64,000 nt of DNA, taken from Candidatus Omnitrophota bacterium. Its GTDB lineage: Bacteria; Omnitrophota; Gorgyraeia; Gorgyraeales; Gorgyraeaceae. Position 1 is the stretch's first letter. Each line of letters begins with the position of its first letter. The notes under the pieces were generated by a model. The model saw nothing but the letters and a program-made list of their open reading frames with translations. It was not told where the DNA came from and did not search any database. Location of the stretch: NCBI GenBank assembly GCA_043814965.1, contig JBDRJN010000014.1, positions 3,084 to 67,083 of the forward strand, written 5' to 3'. Positions 9,989 to 18,889 of the stretch are shown here, piece after piece. Both the position numbers and the translations under genes were made by a program.

Positions 9989-10975
9989 ATGAACGCTATG
10001 AAAATGGATAATATAAATAAGGTCCTATTTATCACGCTTAGCAATATCGGAGATGCGATACTGACATTGCCGGCATTGACATGCCTTAAGGATAATTTTA
10101 AGGATGCCAAAGTGGATGTAGTAGCAGGTCCAAGGTCAAAAGAGGTCTTCATAAAAGACCCCTCGATAAATAAAATATTTATATACGATAAACACGCTTC
10201 ATTAAAAGAAAAAATAGGTTTTGTAAAGAACCTGCGGAAGGAAAGATATGACCTAGCGGTGGATATGAAGACGAGCCTTATGCCGTTATTGGCGGGCGCT
10301 AGATATAGGAATAGTTTGATTAGCTTCAAACCCTCAGGCCTTAAACATAAAAGGCTTATTCATTTAAACAAGCTAAGGGGCCTTGGCCTGGCCTGTGGAA
10401 CCAGGAGGAATATTTATATAGATCAGGGCGATAGATCGAAGATAGATAACATACTTAAACAAAAAGGCGCCAAGGATACTGATACATTGATCGGTATCAG
10501 CCCAAGCTGTTTAAGCTTGACTAAAGAATGGAGAATGGATGGTTTTATAGAAGTAGTAAAAGGGCTGGTCAAAAAAGCCGATACCAGGATTATTTTAATA
10601 GGAGAAGAGACAAAAAAAGATGTATCAGGGCATATCTTAAAGAGTGTATCCAGCGCTAACATTATTGACTTAACAGGTAAAACCGATCTAGGCGAACTTT
10701 TTGCCGCTATAGAAAGGATGAAGATATTAGTTAGTTGTGACAGCGCATCTATGCATATAGCAAGTGATTTAGGGATCAGGGTAGTAAGCATCTTTGGCCC
10801 GACAGATCCTCTAGAATATGGGCCTGCTGGCAAATACAGTGTTGTGATACAGAAAAAACTTGACTGTGTTCCATGTAAAAGGCCTGCTTGCAGGTTCAAT
10901 AATGAATGTATGGATGAGATAAAGCCAGAAGAAGTGATCGAGGCGGTAAATAAATTACTTGAAAGCAATATGTAG
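9989..10975 (+). CDS. GT9 family glycosyltransferase
   Basis: LSNIGDAIL, KEW, CDSASMHIA, IFGPT, CVPC. Confidence 0.9.
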   Translation: MNAMKMDNINKVLFITLSNIGDAILTLPALTCLKDNFKDAKVDVVAGPRSKEVFIKDPSINKIFIYDKHASLKEKIGFVKNLRKERYDLAVDMKTSLMPLLAGARYRNSLISFKPSGLKHKRLIHLNKLRGLGLACGTRRNIYIDQGDRSKIDNILKQKGAKDTDTLIGISPSCLSLTKEWRMDGFIEVVKGLVKKADTRIILIGEETKKDVSGHILKSVSSANIIDLTGKTDLGELFAAIERMKILVSCDSASMHIASDLGIRVVSIFGPTDPLEYGPAGKYSVVIQKKLDCVPCKRPACRFNNECMDEIKPEEVIEAVNKLLESNM

Positions 10976-10998
10976 TATTTAGTATATAGTATGTAGTT
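10971..10998. repeat. Short heptamer tandem array (TNTAGTA, four units)
   Basis: TGTAGTA TTTAGTA TATAGTA TGTAGTT, overlapping the stop codon. Confidence 0.65.
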
Positions 10999-11009
10999 GG
11001 GAGAATTGC

Positions 11010-12044
11010 ATGTTGGAGTTATCAAAAATAAAGAACATCCTTATAATACGGACTGATAGGATAGGCGATGTGGTGCTTTCTACGCCTACTATTACCGCTG
11101 CTAGAAAGGCCTTTCCTAAAAGCAGGATCTCTGTAATGGCCGCGCCTATAGCAAAAGAGCTTGTAGAAGGGAATCCTTATATAGATGAGGTCATTATATA
11201 TGATAAGAAAAAAGGCTTTTTAAGTGATATGGACTTTATCAGTAAACTGAAAAAGAAAAGATTTGATCTGGCGTTGATACTGCATACGACAAAAAGAATA
11301 AATATCATCACATATTTAGCGCGTATACCAAATAGAGTCGGCTATAAAAGGGGGAAATTCGATCTCCTTCTTACGAAAGGCCTGGAGTATACCAAAAGAT
11401 TCGGAGAAAAACATGAATCTGAATATTCTTTAGATATTCTGAGAGAACTAGGCTTAAATATAGAGAGTTATCCTCTATTCGTACCGATAGATAAAAAAAA
11501 GCAGGACGAGATAATGGGGTTACTCTACAAGAATGGCTTAAAAGAAGGCAAAGGATTTATTGTTATACATCCCGGAGCGAGTTCTCGGTCCAAGATGTGG
11601 CCTTTAGAATATTTTGCAGCATTAAGCGATAAGATGATCGAAAAATTTTCCTCGGAGATCGTGATCATATCTAGCGAAGACCAGGCGGATATAGGCTCAA
11701 GAGTAAAGTCACTGATGAAACATACTTCTATATCCTTATGCGGGAAGACTTCTGTGGGAGATCTAGCGCCATTGTTTAAAAAAGCGCTCTTAATGGTATC
11801 AAATGATTCTGGGCCTGTCCATATAGCTAGCAGTATAGGCTGCCCGGTCATATCGATATTTTCCAGAAATGAACCAGGGTTGGATCCTGCAAGATGGAGG
11901 CCATTATCAGAAAAAAGCAGTGTTTTTCATAAAGATGCGGGATGCCCTGTATGCCTTGCGCATAACTGCAAGAAAGATTTTTTATGCCTTAGGTCAGTTA
12001 CTGTAGAAGAGGTTTTGTCAAAAGTAGAGGAGCTATTTAAATGA
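11010..12044 (+). CDS. GT9 family glycosyltransferase
   Basis: IRTDRIGDVVL, HPGASSRSKMWP, NDSGPVHIA. Confidence 0.9.
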   Translation: MLELSKIKNILIIRTDRIGDVVLSTPTITAARKAFPKSRISVMAAPIAKELVEGNPYIDEVIIYDKKKGFLSDMDFISKLKKKRFDLALILHTTKRINIITYLARIPNRVGYKRGKFDLLLTKGLEYTKRFGEKHESEYSLDILRELGLNIESYPLFVPIDKKKQDEIMGLLYKNGLKEGKGFIVIHPGASSRSKMWPLEYFAALSDKMIEKFSSEIVIISSEDQADIGSRVKSLMKHTSISLCGKTSVGDLAPLFKKALLMVSNDSGPVHIASSIGCPVISIFSRNEPGLDPARWRPLSEKSSVFHKDAGCPVCLAHNCKKDFLCLRSVTVEEVLSKVEELFK

Positions 12045-12865
12045 TATCAAATAGGATCAGATCGTTATATATTTTGGTATTTATTGTTTTTATATCAGGA
12101 TGCGGGATCATAGGCCAGTATAAGATCGTCAGGCCTACTGAGGAGATAAAGATAGCGCATCCTCTTAAAGGCTTTAATGTTGGAGAGAGGTTTACTTATA
12201 AAGCAGAATGGCTTGGTATGGATGTAGCAGAAGCTACTCTTAGCGTAGAGGGTATTGAAAACATGAATGGCCGCAAGGCATATCGTATAGTAGGTACTGC
12301 TGCTACGACCCCCATTCTCTCCAAACTATATAAAGTCGAAGATAAGATAACAACTTATGTAGACGTAGAGTATCTGTACCCCTTAAAGTATGAAAAGATA
12401 CAGAGAGAAGGCGGTTATAGATCCGATGAATATATAGACTTTGACCATAAAAAAGGCAAGGCGTCTTATTTTTCAAGATTGAATAAAGGCAGAAAGGAAT
12501 ATAATATCCCTTCCGGAGTGTTGGATCCTTTGAGTTCGTTATATTACTTTAGGCTGCAAGAGGCCAAGGTGGGCACCAGCGTATTTGCAAATGTAAATGC
12601 TGACGAGAAAAATTATCTTTTGGATGCAAGGGTTATAAAAAAAGGCGTATTGACTATAAAAAATGTGGGCGAGTGGGATGCGTTTATGGTAGAGCCTCTT
12701 CCATGGTTTGGCGGCAAAGTAGAGAGAAAGGCAAAGGCGACTATCTGGTTTTCCACTGATGATAGAAGGATACCCCTTCTTATGCACATAAAAAGCATAC
12801 CTCTAGTAGGTACTGTGGTGATAAGTTTAAAGAAAATAGAGCAGCTTGACACTAAGTCAAACTAA
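12041..12865 (+). CDS. DUF3108-like lipoprotein
   Basis: Lipobox ISGC; GERFTYKAEWLG, DPLSSLYYFR, IWFSTDDRRIP. Confidence 0.7.
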   Translation: MISNRIRSLYILVFIVFISGCGIIGQYKIVRPTEEIKIAHPLKGFNVGERFTYKAEWLGMDVAEATLSVEGIENMNGRKAYRIVGTAATTPILSKLYKVEDKITTYVDVEYLYPLKYEKIQREGGYRSDEYIDFDHKKGKASYFSRLNKGRKEYNIPSGVLDPLSSLYYFRLQEAKVGTSVFANVNADEKNYLLDARVIKKGVLTIKNVGEWDAFMVEPLPWFGGKVERKAKATIWFSTDDRRIPLLMHIKSIPLVGTVVISLKKIEQLDTKSN

Positions 12866-12874
12866 TGCTAAAAT
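12846..12874 (+). promoter_or_regulatory. Sigma70-type promoter
   Basis: TTGACA-17 bp-TAAAAT with a TG extended -10. Confidence 0.6.
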
Positions 12875-13013
12875 GCTACAAATCAAATAAATAAACAAGT
12901 TACGAAATCAAAGCGCCTAAATTCGTCATATACTTGATCCGCTGAACTTTGAAGGCTGTTTTATCAGATAGTTTAGTGCGTGACAGTGGATAAAGGGGTT
13001 GGAGGGGTTGAAT

Positions 13014-13961
13014 ATGCCAGGAGATAGATCAAAGATAGACCTTTCAAAATTAAAAAGCTACCCTATATCAAAGAGAAAAAGCAAGGTAAGATACCAGGAT
13101 TTTGCAAAAGCTCCTTCCAAGGGGATGTCTTTTTTAGACTTCTATAAGGGCTTGCCGGATATATTGGCAGGGTCTAATTTTAGAAATATAGTAAAGGCTA
13201 TCGCGGAGGCTTGCAGGAAGAAGAAGCCTGTTATGGTGATGATGGGTTCCCACGTTATAAAATGCGGGCTTAACCCAGTGCTTATAGAGCTTATAAAGAA
13301 AGGTGTGATCTCATCCATTGCGTTGAATGGCTCTGGCGCGATACATGATTTTGAGATAGCGCTTATAGGGAAGACATCCGAAGACGTGGAATGCGCGCTT
13401 CAAGAAGGAAGTTTTGGTATGGCAAAAGAGACAGCTTTGTATCTCAATGGCGCGTTTGGAGAAGCAGTTGAGAGGGAGATTGGAGCTGGTGAAGCCATAG
13501 GGCAGGTAATAGAAGAAGAAAAACTTCCTTTTAAAGATCAGAGCCTTTTATATAATTGTTATAAACAAAAGATCCCCGCGACTATCCACGTTGCTATAGG
13601 GACTGATATTGTGCATCAACATCCGAGCTGCGATGGCGCCAATATAGGCGAGGCATCATTAAGGGATTTTCACAGATTTATAGAGGTAGTCTCAGGCCTC
13701 GGCAATGGAGGGGTGGTCTTAAATATAGGTTCAAATGTCATATTGCCGGAAGTATTTTTAAAGGCTTTAAATGTTGCGCGTAATCTGGGATATAAAGTAA
13801 AAGACTTTACAGACTGTAATTTTGATATGATAAATCATTATAGGCCTTATCAAAATGTTGTAAAGCGCCCTATTGTGTCTGGCGGCGCGGGATATACGGT
13901 CATAGGCCATCATGAGATAATGATACCGCTTTTGGCTCAGGCTGTTACAGAGTGTATATGA
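13014..13961 (+). CDS. Deoxyhypusine-synthase-like (DHS-like fold) protein of unknown function
   Basis: MGSHVIKCGL, NGSGAIHDFE, HVAIGTDIVH, GSNVILPEVFLKA, GHHEIMIP; GGAGG RBS at 13001 favours ATG 13014. Confidence 0.6.
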   Translation: MPGDRSKIDLSKLKSYPISKRKSKVRYQDFAKAPSKGMSFLDFYKGLPDILAGSNFRNIVKAIAEACRKKKPVMVMMGSHVIKCGLNPVLIELIKKGVISSIALNGSGAIHDFEIALIGKTSEDVECALQEGSFGMAKETALYLNGAFGEAVEREIGAGEAIGQVIEEEKLPFKDQSLLYNCYKQKIPATIHVAIGTDIVHQHPSCDGANIGEASLRDFHRFIEVVSGLGNGGVVLNIGSNVILPEVFLKALNVARNLGYKVKDFTDCNFDMINHYRPYQNVVKRPIVSGGAGYTVIGHHEIMIPLLAQAVTECI

Positions 13962-13975
13962 GGCTTGGAATAAAA

Positions 13976-14950
13976 ATGTCAAAAAATACTTTAAAAAATA
14001 TTATTTGTAAATTTACCGGAATAAATGTACTAATAATAGGTGACCTGATACTGGATGAGTTTTTATGGGGAGAGGTATCAAGGATCTCTCCTGAGGCGCC
14101 TGTTCCTGTGGTATGGGTAAAGAACGAATCTTTTATGCCAGGCGGAGCCGCGAACGTAGCGAACAACATAAGTGCATTAGGAGGCAAGGCGTATCTTGCG
14201 GGTGTTATCGGAGACGATGAAAGAGGCAGGATATTGAAGGGCTTTCTTCAGTCTAAAGGCATGGATGTAGAAGGGTTATTTATAGATACAAAGCGGCCTA
14301 CTACTCTTAAGACCAGAGTTATTGCTCATCACCAGCAGGTCGTAAGGATAGATAAAGAAAAGATGGATTCGATCGATAAGAATATAATAGATAAGATCAT
14401 CGAATATGTCAAAGAGATCATAGACGAGATAGATGTCGTTATAATAGAAGACTATGGAAAAGGTGTCATCACCCCAAGGCTTATTGAGTATATGATCAGG
14501 CTTACAAAGGCCCACAAAAAGATCATAACAGTCGACCCTAAAGAAGAACATTTCCACTATTATAAAGGTATCACGGCGATCACTCCTAATCTCAGCGAAG
14601 CCTCCAAGGCGACTGGTATAAAGACAACAGATAAGAACAGCTTGGACAAGATAGGCAAGGCGTTGCTTAAAAAATTAAAATGTGAAGCTGCGTTGGTCAC
14701 TCTTGGGGAAAACGGCATGCAGTTATTTGAAAAAAAAGGTACTATAAGGTATATACCTACTGTTGCGCAGGATGTATATGATGTCTCGGGCGCGGGAGAT
14801 ACTGTTATAGGGACATTTTCATTGGCTCTAGGCGCGGGAGCTAAAATGATAGACGCGGCTATTATTTCTAATATTGCGGCAGGTGTAGTAGTGGGAAAGG
14901 TCGGAACAGGCACTGTGACTAAAGAAGAACTGCTTTTAAGGATAAAATAG
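13976..14950 (+). CDS. rfaE1: D-glycero-D-manno-heptose-7-phosphate kinase (RfaE/HldE domain I)
   Basis: RISPEAPVPV, PGGAANVA, DYGKG, DVSGAGDTV; start codon uncertain (13952-13976). Confidence 0.9.
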   Translation: MSKNTLKNIICKFTGINVLIIGDLILDEFLWGEVSRISPEAPVPVVWVKNESFMPGGAANVANNISALGGKAYLAGVIGDDERGRILKGFLQSKGMDVEGLFIDTKRPTTLKTRVIAHHQQVVRIDKEKMDSIDKNIIDKIIEYVKEIIDEIDVVIIEDYGKGVITPRLIEYMIRLTKAHKKIITVDPKEEHFHYYKGITAITPNLSEASKATGIKTTDKNSLDKIGKALLKKLKCEAALVTLGENGMQLFEKKGTIRYIPTVAQDVYDVSGAGDTVIGTFSLALGAGAKMIDAAIISNIAAGVVVGKVGTGTVTKEELLLRIK

Positions 14951-14953
14951 ATA

Positions 14954-15703
14954 ATGAATGCGATAGGTATTATCCCGGCTAGATATGGATCCACAAGGTT
15001 TGAGGGCAAACTCTTGGCAGACCTTTGCGGAAAACCAGTGATACAGCACACCTGGGAGAATGCCAAAAAATCAAAATCCATAGAGGATCTGATAATAGCA
15101 ACAGATGATAAAAGGATCTATAATCTGGCAAAAGGTTTTGGGGCAAATGTAACATATACATCAAAGGCGCACAAGAGCGGGTCTGACCGGCTCACAGAAG
15201 TAGTCTCTACCATTGACACAAAGATAGTTGTTAATATCCAGGCAGACGAGCCTTTTATCCATCCTACAATGATCGACGAGGTTGTGAGTCCTTTATTGAA
15301 AGACAAATCTATCCATATGTCCACGCTTTGTCATAAGATTAAAAATAGAGAAGAGCTTTTGGATCCGAATGTAGTAAAGGTAGTAGTAGATAGGTCTGGC
15401 CTTGCGCTGTATTTTTCGAGATCCCCCATACCTTACGATAGGAATAACTCCCTAAAGACAACGGGTTATTATAAACATATAGGATTATATGCTTATACCA
15501 GGGATTTTTTGTTTACTTTTAAGAGCTTGCCTCAATCAAGGCTTGAGAAAATAGAAAGATTGGAACAGCTTAGGGCATTAGAGAATGGATATAACATCAA
15601 GGTCTCAGAAACCAGGTTTGACACTGTAGGCATAGATACGCCTGAAGACCTAGAAAGAGCATATGAACTTATAAGGGGCGCAAAACAGCTTAGTTTTTTA
15701 TAA
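14954..15703 (+). CDS. kdsB: CMP-KDO synthetase
   Basis: IPARYGSTRFEGK, ALYFSRSPIP, ERLEQLRALE. Confidence 0.95.
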   Translation: MNAIGIIPARYGSTRFEGKLLADLCGKPVIQHTWENAKKSKSIEDLIIATDDKRIYNLAKGFGANVTYTSKAHKSGSDRLTEVVSTIDTKIVVNIQADEPFIHPTMIDEVVSPLLKDKSIHMSTLCHKIKNREELLDPNVVKVVVDRSGLALYFSRSPIPYDRNNSLKTTGYYKHIGLYAYTRDFLFTFKSLPQSRLEKIERLEQLRALENGYNIKVSETRFDTVGIDTPEDLERAYELIRGAKQLSFL

Positions 15704-15736
15704 TAAATGATATCCGGAAATTAAAAAGGCGAAAAA

Positions 15737-16558
15737 ATGGTTAAAGTAATAAATGTAAATAAAATAAAGATAGGAGACAAAAGATCTTTGGTCTTGTTGG
15801 CGGGGCCTTGTGTTATCGAAGATGAAAGATCTACATTGTACCATGCGAGGGAGATCAAGAAGATCTGTAAGAGGTTAGATGTCCCTTTTATATTTAAGTC
15901 CAGCTATGATAAGGCAAATCGTTCCAGCATGAAGTCTTTCAGGGGGCTGGGTATCGATAAAGGCCTGGAGATCCTGAAAAAAGTAAAAAAAGATCTTTCT
16001 CTTTCTATACTTAGCGATGTGCATGATATAGGAGATATAAAAAAGGTAAAGGACACCCTCGATATTATTCAAATACCTGCTTTTTTATGCAGACAGACTG
16101 ATTTTATAATAGAACTTGCCAAGACGAAAAAGGTAATAAATATAAAGAAAGGCCAATTTTTGGCGCCTTGGGATATCAAAAATATAATAGAGAAGATTGT
16201 AGCCGGGGGAAAAAACAAAAACATCATCATTACAGAGAGAGGCGTTAGTTTTGGCTATAATAATCTTGTGAGCGACATGAGGTCTCTACTCATCATGAGG
16301 GGATTCGGCTACCCTGTTATTTATGATGCGACCCATAGCGTTCAGCTTCCAGGCGGGAGGGGAAAGGACTCTGGAGGTGAAAGGATGTTTGTCGCTGGAT
16401 TGAGCCGTGCAGCAGTCGGTATGGGATGCGACGGCTTGTTTCTGGAAGTACATAAAGATCCCGACAAAGCACTTTGTGACGGGCCCAACATGATAGGCCT
16501 TAAGGAATTAGAGAAAATATTAAAAGATACAAAAAACATAAAGAGGATCGTCTCATGA
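15737..16558 (+). CDS. kdsA: KDO-8-phosphate synthase
   Basis: AGPCVIE, SYDKANRSS, IPAFLCRQTD, DATHSVQ. Confidence 0.97.
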   Translation: MVKVINVNKIKIGDKRSLVLLAGPCVIEDERSTLYHAREIKKICKRLDVPFIFKSSYDKANRSSMKSFRGLGIDKGLEILKKVKKDLSLSILSDVHDIGDIKKVKDTLDIIQIPAFLCRQTDFIIELAKTKKVINIKKGQFLAPWDIKNIIEKIVAGGKNKNIIITERGVSFGYNNLVSDMRSLLIMRGFGYPVIYDATHSVQLPGGRGKDSGGERMFVAGLSRAAVGMGCDGLFLEVHKDPDKALCDGPNMIGLKELEKILKDTKNIKRIVS

Positions 16559-17514
16559 TCAAAAAAATAGCCAAAGAAGTCTTAAAAGTAGAATCAGAAG
16601 CTATTAAAAAGATATCCTCTCATATCAATAAAGATTTTGAAAAAGCGGTAAATATTATCTTTAATTCAACAGGGAGGGTGGTTATAACAGGTATGGGCAA
16701 AGCAGGCATAATAGGAGAAAAGATCTCCGCAACTCTTGCCTCTACGGGAAGCCCTAGCCTGTATTTACATGCAGCTGAAGCTATACACGGAGACCTGGGA
16801 AGGGTTGTTAAAGAAGATGTTGTGATAGTCATGTCAAATAGCGGAGAAACGCAAGAGATAGTAAAATTGATACCGCATATCAAGAAAATAGGGTCCAAAC
16901 TTATAGCCATAACTGGAAATGTGCGTTCAACTCTTGCCAGAAATAGCGATGCTGTCCTGGATGTCTCTATTAAAATAGAAGCTTGTCCTCTAGGCCTTGC
17001 GCCTATGGCAAGCACGACTACAATGCTTGCCATGGGAGACGCGCTTTGCGCCGCATTGATGCATAAAAAAGGTTTTAAGGAAAAGGATTTTGCGTTTCTT
17101 CACCCAGGCGGAAGCCTTGGCAGAAAACTTCTTTTGACAGTAGAAGACATAATGAGAAAAGGAAAATCCAATCCTATAGTGAAAGAGGACGATCTTATAA
17201 AGGACGTGCTTTTGGTTATCACTGCATCACGTGCAGGCTCGGCAATAGTAGTAGATAGGTCCGGCAGAATAAAAGGCGTATTTACAGATGGTGACCTGAG
17301 AAGGAATCTGGAAATAGGCATGGATCTATTAAATACAAAGGTCAGCAAGGTAATGACCAAAAAACCAAAAACTATTAAAAGAGGCTGTTTAGCGGCAGAG
17401 GCGCTTAGGATATTAAAAGAATCCAAAATAGATGAGATACCTATTATAGATGAGAAGTCAAGAGTCATAGGCCTTGTAGATGTCCAGGATCTTTTGAAGG
17501 CAGGCCTTGTATGA
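16555..17514 (+). CDS. kdsD: Arabinose-5-phosphate isomerase (KpsF/GutQ)
   Basis: TGMGKAG, EAIHGDLG, HPGGSLG, C-terminal CBS pair. Confidence 0.95.
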   Translation: MIKKIAKEVLKVESEAIKKISSHINKDFEKAVNIIFNSTGRVVITGMGKAGIIGEKISATLASTGSPSLYLHAAEAIHGDLGRVVKEDVVIVMSNSGETQEIVKLIPHIKKIGSKLIAITGNVRSTLARNSDAVLDVSIKIEACPLGLAPMASTTTMLAMGDALCAALMHKKGFKEKDFAFLHPGGSLGRKLLLTVEDIMRKGKSNPIVKEDDLIKDVLLVITASRAGSAIVVDRSGRIKGVFTDGDLRRNLEIGMDLLNTKVSKVMTKKPKTIKRGCLAAEALRILKESKIDEIPIIDEKSRVIGLVDVQDLLKAGLV

Positions 17515-18026
17515 TAGAAGACAGGGCCAGGAAGATAAAACTATTGGTGCTGGATGTAGACGGTGTTTTGACAGACGGACGTATAATATATGATAACTTT
17601 GGGAATGAGATAAAATGCTTTAATGTATTGGACGGGTTTGGAATAAAGCTTTTAAAAGATGCTGGCATAAAACCAGCCATTATTACTGCAAAAAAGACAA
17701 AGATCGTCAAGCGCAGGGCAAAAGACCTAGGTATAGAGCATGTATATTATGGATTTGATAAACTTTCTCTCTATCAGTCTCTTATAAAGAGACTGAATAT
17801 TAAAGATGAAGAGGTATGTTTCATGGGGGACGACCTTTTCGATCTAGCAGTACTGAAAAAAGTTGGTTTTTCAGCATGTCCGCCAAATGCAGTAGAAGAA
17901 GTAAAGGAGACAGTTCATTATATTACGGAAAAAGAAGGCGGAAAAGGTGCTGTAAGAGAGCTTATTGAAGTTATTCTGAAGTCCAGGGATGAGTGGGGTA
18001 GTGTGGTCTCGAGCTATTCTATATAA
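17511..18026 (+). CDS. kdsC: KDO-8-phosphate phosphatase
   Basis: LDVDGVLTDG, MGDDLFD, GGKGAVRE. Confidence 0.95.
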   Translation: MIEDRARKIKLLVLDVDGVLTDGRIIYDNFGNEIKCFNVLDGFGIKLLKDAGIKPAIITAKKTKIVKRRAKDLGIEHVYYGFDKLSLYQSLIKRLNIKDEEVCFMGDDLFDLAVLKKVGFSACPPNAVEEVKETVHYITEKEGGKGAVRELIEVILKSRDEWGSVVSSYSI

Positions 18027-18036
18027 AAAGGCGTTC

Positions 18037-18064
18037 TTGACTACACAATATTATGATATATACT
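18037..18064 (+). promoter_or_regulatory. Putative sigma70 promoter for the two-component module
   Basis: TTGACT-16 bp-TATACT; AGGAGG RBS before ATG 18103. Confidence 0.45.
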
Positions 18065-18102
18065 TTATATACGTAAGATAATATATATTCAGGAGGTGCG
18101 GT

Positions 18103-18474
18103 ATGGATAGAAAAGTAGTTCTAGGGGTAGATGATAACGATGATATCTTAAAGATGTTACAGATAAGGACTGAAGCGGAGGGCTATGAATTTATTCCTGC
18201 CCGCGACGGGGAGGATATGCTCAATCTTTTAAATAATGGCAAGAAGCCCGATATCATAATTTTAGATATCATGCTTCCCAAAATGGATGGGTACAGCGCC
18301 CTTAGAGAGATGCGGAAAGAGGACGCCTTTAAGGACATCCCTGTAATAGTACTTACTGCAAAAAAGAAGGAAGAAGTTGGAAGCTTGTTTGCTTTGGAAG
18401 ATATAGCTTGTTTTATGGAAAAACCTTTTAGATTTGATGAGTTATTTAAAAAGATAAAAGATATTGTAGGATAA
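18103..18474 (+). CDS. Single-domain response regulator (REC)
   Basis: VDD, LDIMLPKMDG, VLTA, EKP. Confidence 0.9.
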   Translation: MDRKVVLGVDDNDDILKMLQIRTEAEGYEFIPARDGEDMLNLLNNGKKPDIIILDIMLPKMDGYSALREMRKEDAFKDIPVIVLTAKKKEEVGSLFALEDIACFMEKPFRFDELFKKIKDIVG

Positions 18475-18513
18475 ATTTTTTTCTATACTTTATTATATTT
18501 TAAGGAGGCAGTA

Positions 18514-18888
18514 ATGCTTGAAACCAAGAAGATCATGATAGTTGATGATGAAGAGGATATACGTAGATTGCTCAAGATAAGGCTAGAACGAGAAGGCTTT
18601 GAGCTTGTTATCGCTGAAGACGGAGAGATAGGCCTGAGATTGGCTGAGGCTGAAAAACCCGACTTGATCGTGCTTGATATCGTAATGCCCAATATGGACG
18701 GATATACATGTCTTAAAGAACTTAGAAAGCTCCCTACGACAAAAGACATCCCTGTTATTATGTTCAGCGGTAAAGAAGAAGATAAGGTAAGAGACTTGTT
18801 TGCATTCCAAAAGATAAGCGCATATATTGAAAAACCATTTGACCTAGAGGATTTGATCAATAAGATAAAAGAAATACTCAAGGTGTAG
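18514..18888 (+). CDS. Single-domain response regulator (REC)
   Basis: VDDE, LDIVMPNMDG, EKPF. Confidence 0.9.
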   Translation: MLETKKIMIVDDEEDIRRLLKIRLEREGFELVIAEDGEIGLRLAEAEKPDLIVLDIVMPNMDGYTCLKELRKLPTTKDIPVIMFSGKEEDKVRDLFAFQKISAYIEKPFDLEDLINKIKEILKV

Positions 18889-18889
18889 T

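Noticed and set aside
12875-13010. Possible riboswitch or tRNA in the longer intergenic leaders
   Set aside because: No cloverleaf, T-box or known aptamer consensus recognised by eye; an Rfam/tRNAscan run would be needed to exclude one.
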